Shown: positions 62,668 through 64,000 of the stretch, piece by piece
Layout of the letters: each line of letters starts with the position of its first letter
How positions within the stretch are numbered: the stretch's first letter is position 1
Source: Takakia lepidozioides
Taxonomy: Eukaryota > Plantae > Bryophyta
Assembly (NCBI GenBank): GCA_030704615.1
Contig: CM060732.1
Span: 12,958,001-13,022,000 of the forward strand
DNA: 64,000 bases
Direction: 5' to 3'
Notes under the pieces: model-generated
Databases searched by the model: none
What the model saw: the letters and a program-made list of their open reading frames with translations, nothing else
What the model was told of the DNA's origin: nothing
Translations under genes and position numbers: made by a program

Positions 62668-63399
62668 GCTTTCTTCTTGCTGCAATGCACCGGAAACGAC
62701 AAAAAATTGATGGTTGCATGTTGCCGTTGAAGGACTGTAGGACCCTACCATAGATGTCGGGGAGTGTATTGAGCATTCTCTCGACCAAGTCTCTGTCGGC
62801 AACTACTTCCCCAATGTCCGTGAGCTCAAATTGCATTTCTTGGATCTTTGCAAGATAGTCTGCAACTAACGTACAATCGCCAAGTCATGGAAGAGCAGTC
62901 TAAATCCTTTGTCAATCAAGGTACAAACAGATAGCAAAATTTGCATACACCCGGGACATACAAAATTTCTTCGACTTTTTATTACATGATTCTTGACATG
63001 AATAACAATGTTGCCTTTCCCGACTACGTGGTGGTACAGGCGTCCACCTGTTTTGACCTTGGAGTTACCTTCTCCCTTTCTGATATTGGATAAAAGACGG
63101 TCATTGCCTGAGACATGCTTAGTGGCCCCGCTATCCGCATACCAATCCGCGGCGTCATGGATATTGAGCTAAGTTAAGCTCGAGAATATCCGCAGCCAGT
63201 TCAGTAGGGGTGTCACTAACTCCGAAAAATTCTATATCTCCTCATTGCTGCCATCTTCGATGATGTTGACTGCAGATGTTCGGTAGCGTGTTCGGTAGCG
63301 TGACGCTTGATCTCATTTGATAATTCTTTCGATATTTGTTGTCATTGGGCTGACTCTTGTTTTTTGAGAATTTAGACTTGATCAGCAAAGCCTCGGGGT

Positions 63400-63990
63400 C
63401 GAATTTTTTTCCGTGCGAGTCTTTTAAATTTCTCGCTTGGCTTCGTCTAGCAAAAGAATACTGATTAGTTCATTGAGCGTTGGAAATTTAGGTCGGTTTT
63501 TTAAAGTGCATGCCATATCATATTCCAAACTCTGGAGATAGAGAGTTCAGAATTTGTTCCACCAAGTCCTCTTCACAGACCGGTTCTCGGATGTTGGCTA
63601 ACTGGTTGATAATCTCCTCGAGCTGCTTGATATCTGTGACTGATCCGCCATTTTCCGAGTCGAATGTTGGTGAGGTGGCTCTTGAGCAACAGACCATTTT
63701 TCTGCTCATACAGGTCCTTTAAGGTCTGCCACCTGACAGTTGGACTTGTGATCCCGGCTATGTGTGGAATAATTTCATCTCGCACAAAGAGACTGATTAT
63801 CGCCAATGTTTTCTTCTGCCTACGTTCGTAATCAGCGGCGGACTCTCATTCCTTCTCTTCGAATTGTCCCTCGACATTGGATTCTACAATGTCTATCAGT
63901 TGATCTCTTTATAACAAGCTGGAAACATGGAATTACTTCCATATATTATAATTGGAAAGTCCACCTAGCTTGGAGGCATTTGACACACTA
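63400..63990 (-). mobile_element. Second Ty1/copia gag remnant
   Basis: AIISLFVRDEIIPHI...WQTLKDLYEQ and IINQLANIREPVCEEDLVEQILNSL (UBN2-type gag), frameshifted. It repeats the gag region seen near 62800 but with a different sequence. Confidence 0.8.
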
Positions 63991-64000
63991 CTCTCCTTGT

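Larger units (their letters stand above)
58760..62890 (-). mobile_element. Degenerate Ty1/copia retrotransposon (gag-PR-INT-RT-RH) with nested insertions
   Basis: Gag VERMLNTLP, protease WYVDPGASRH, GAG-pre-integrase HRLGH, WVQAMEEQMASIHDNNT, RT YVDD, YQQMVGKL...PDISFAVNMVSRF and RNase H remnants. Confidence 0.88.

Overview
Nuclear DNA from a land plant, most plausibly a non-seed plant. That lineage call is an inference from PLS-type PPR repeats, plant-type genes with spliceosomal introns and a chromovirus. There are five apparently intact genes: an intronless NAD(P)-binding atypical SDR (At5g02240-like, minus), an 8-exon proline transporter (ProT, plus), an intronless RNA polymerase subunit RPB8 (minus), a 4-exon class I glutamine amidotransferase/GGP-like gene (plus) and a 5-exon GDSL esterase/lipase (minus). 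The rest is mostly transposon-derived: a full-length decayed Ty3/gypsy chromovirus with LTRs and TSD, two nested Ty1/copia remnants, hAT, CACTA, Tc1/mariner and MULE-type MITEs, tRNA-derived SINEs and solo-LTR-like sequences. Three observations stand out. (1) Two otherwise dissimilar short retroposed inserts (42939-43102 and 61438-61603) share a multi-helix RNA module with covarying stems, UUCG/GNRA tetraloops and conserved single-stranded motifs. (2) A pseudogene fuses a tandemly amplified two-exon OSB-type PDF ssDNA-binding cassette to a PLS-PPR array. (3) TTAA-flanked CCC...GGG elements look piggyBac-like. All calls are by eye; no searches or folding programs were run.
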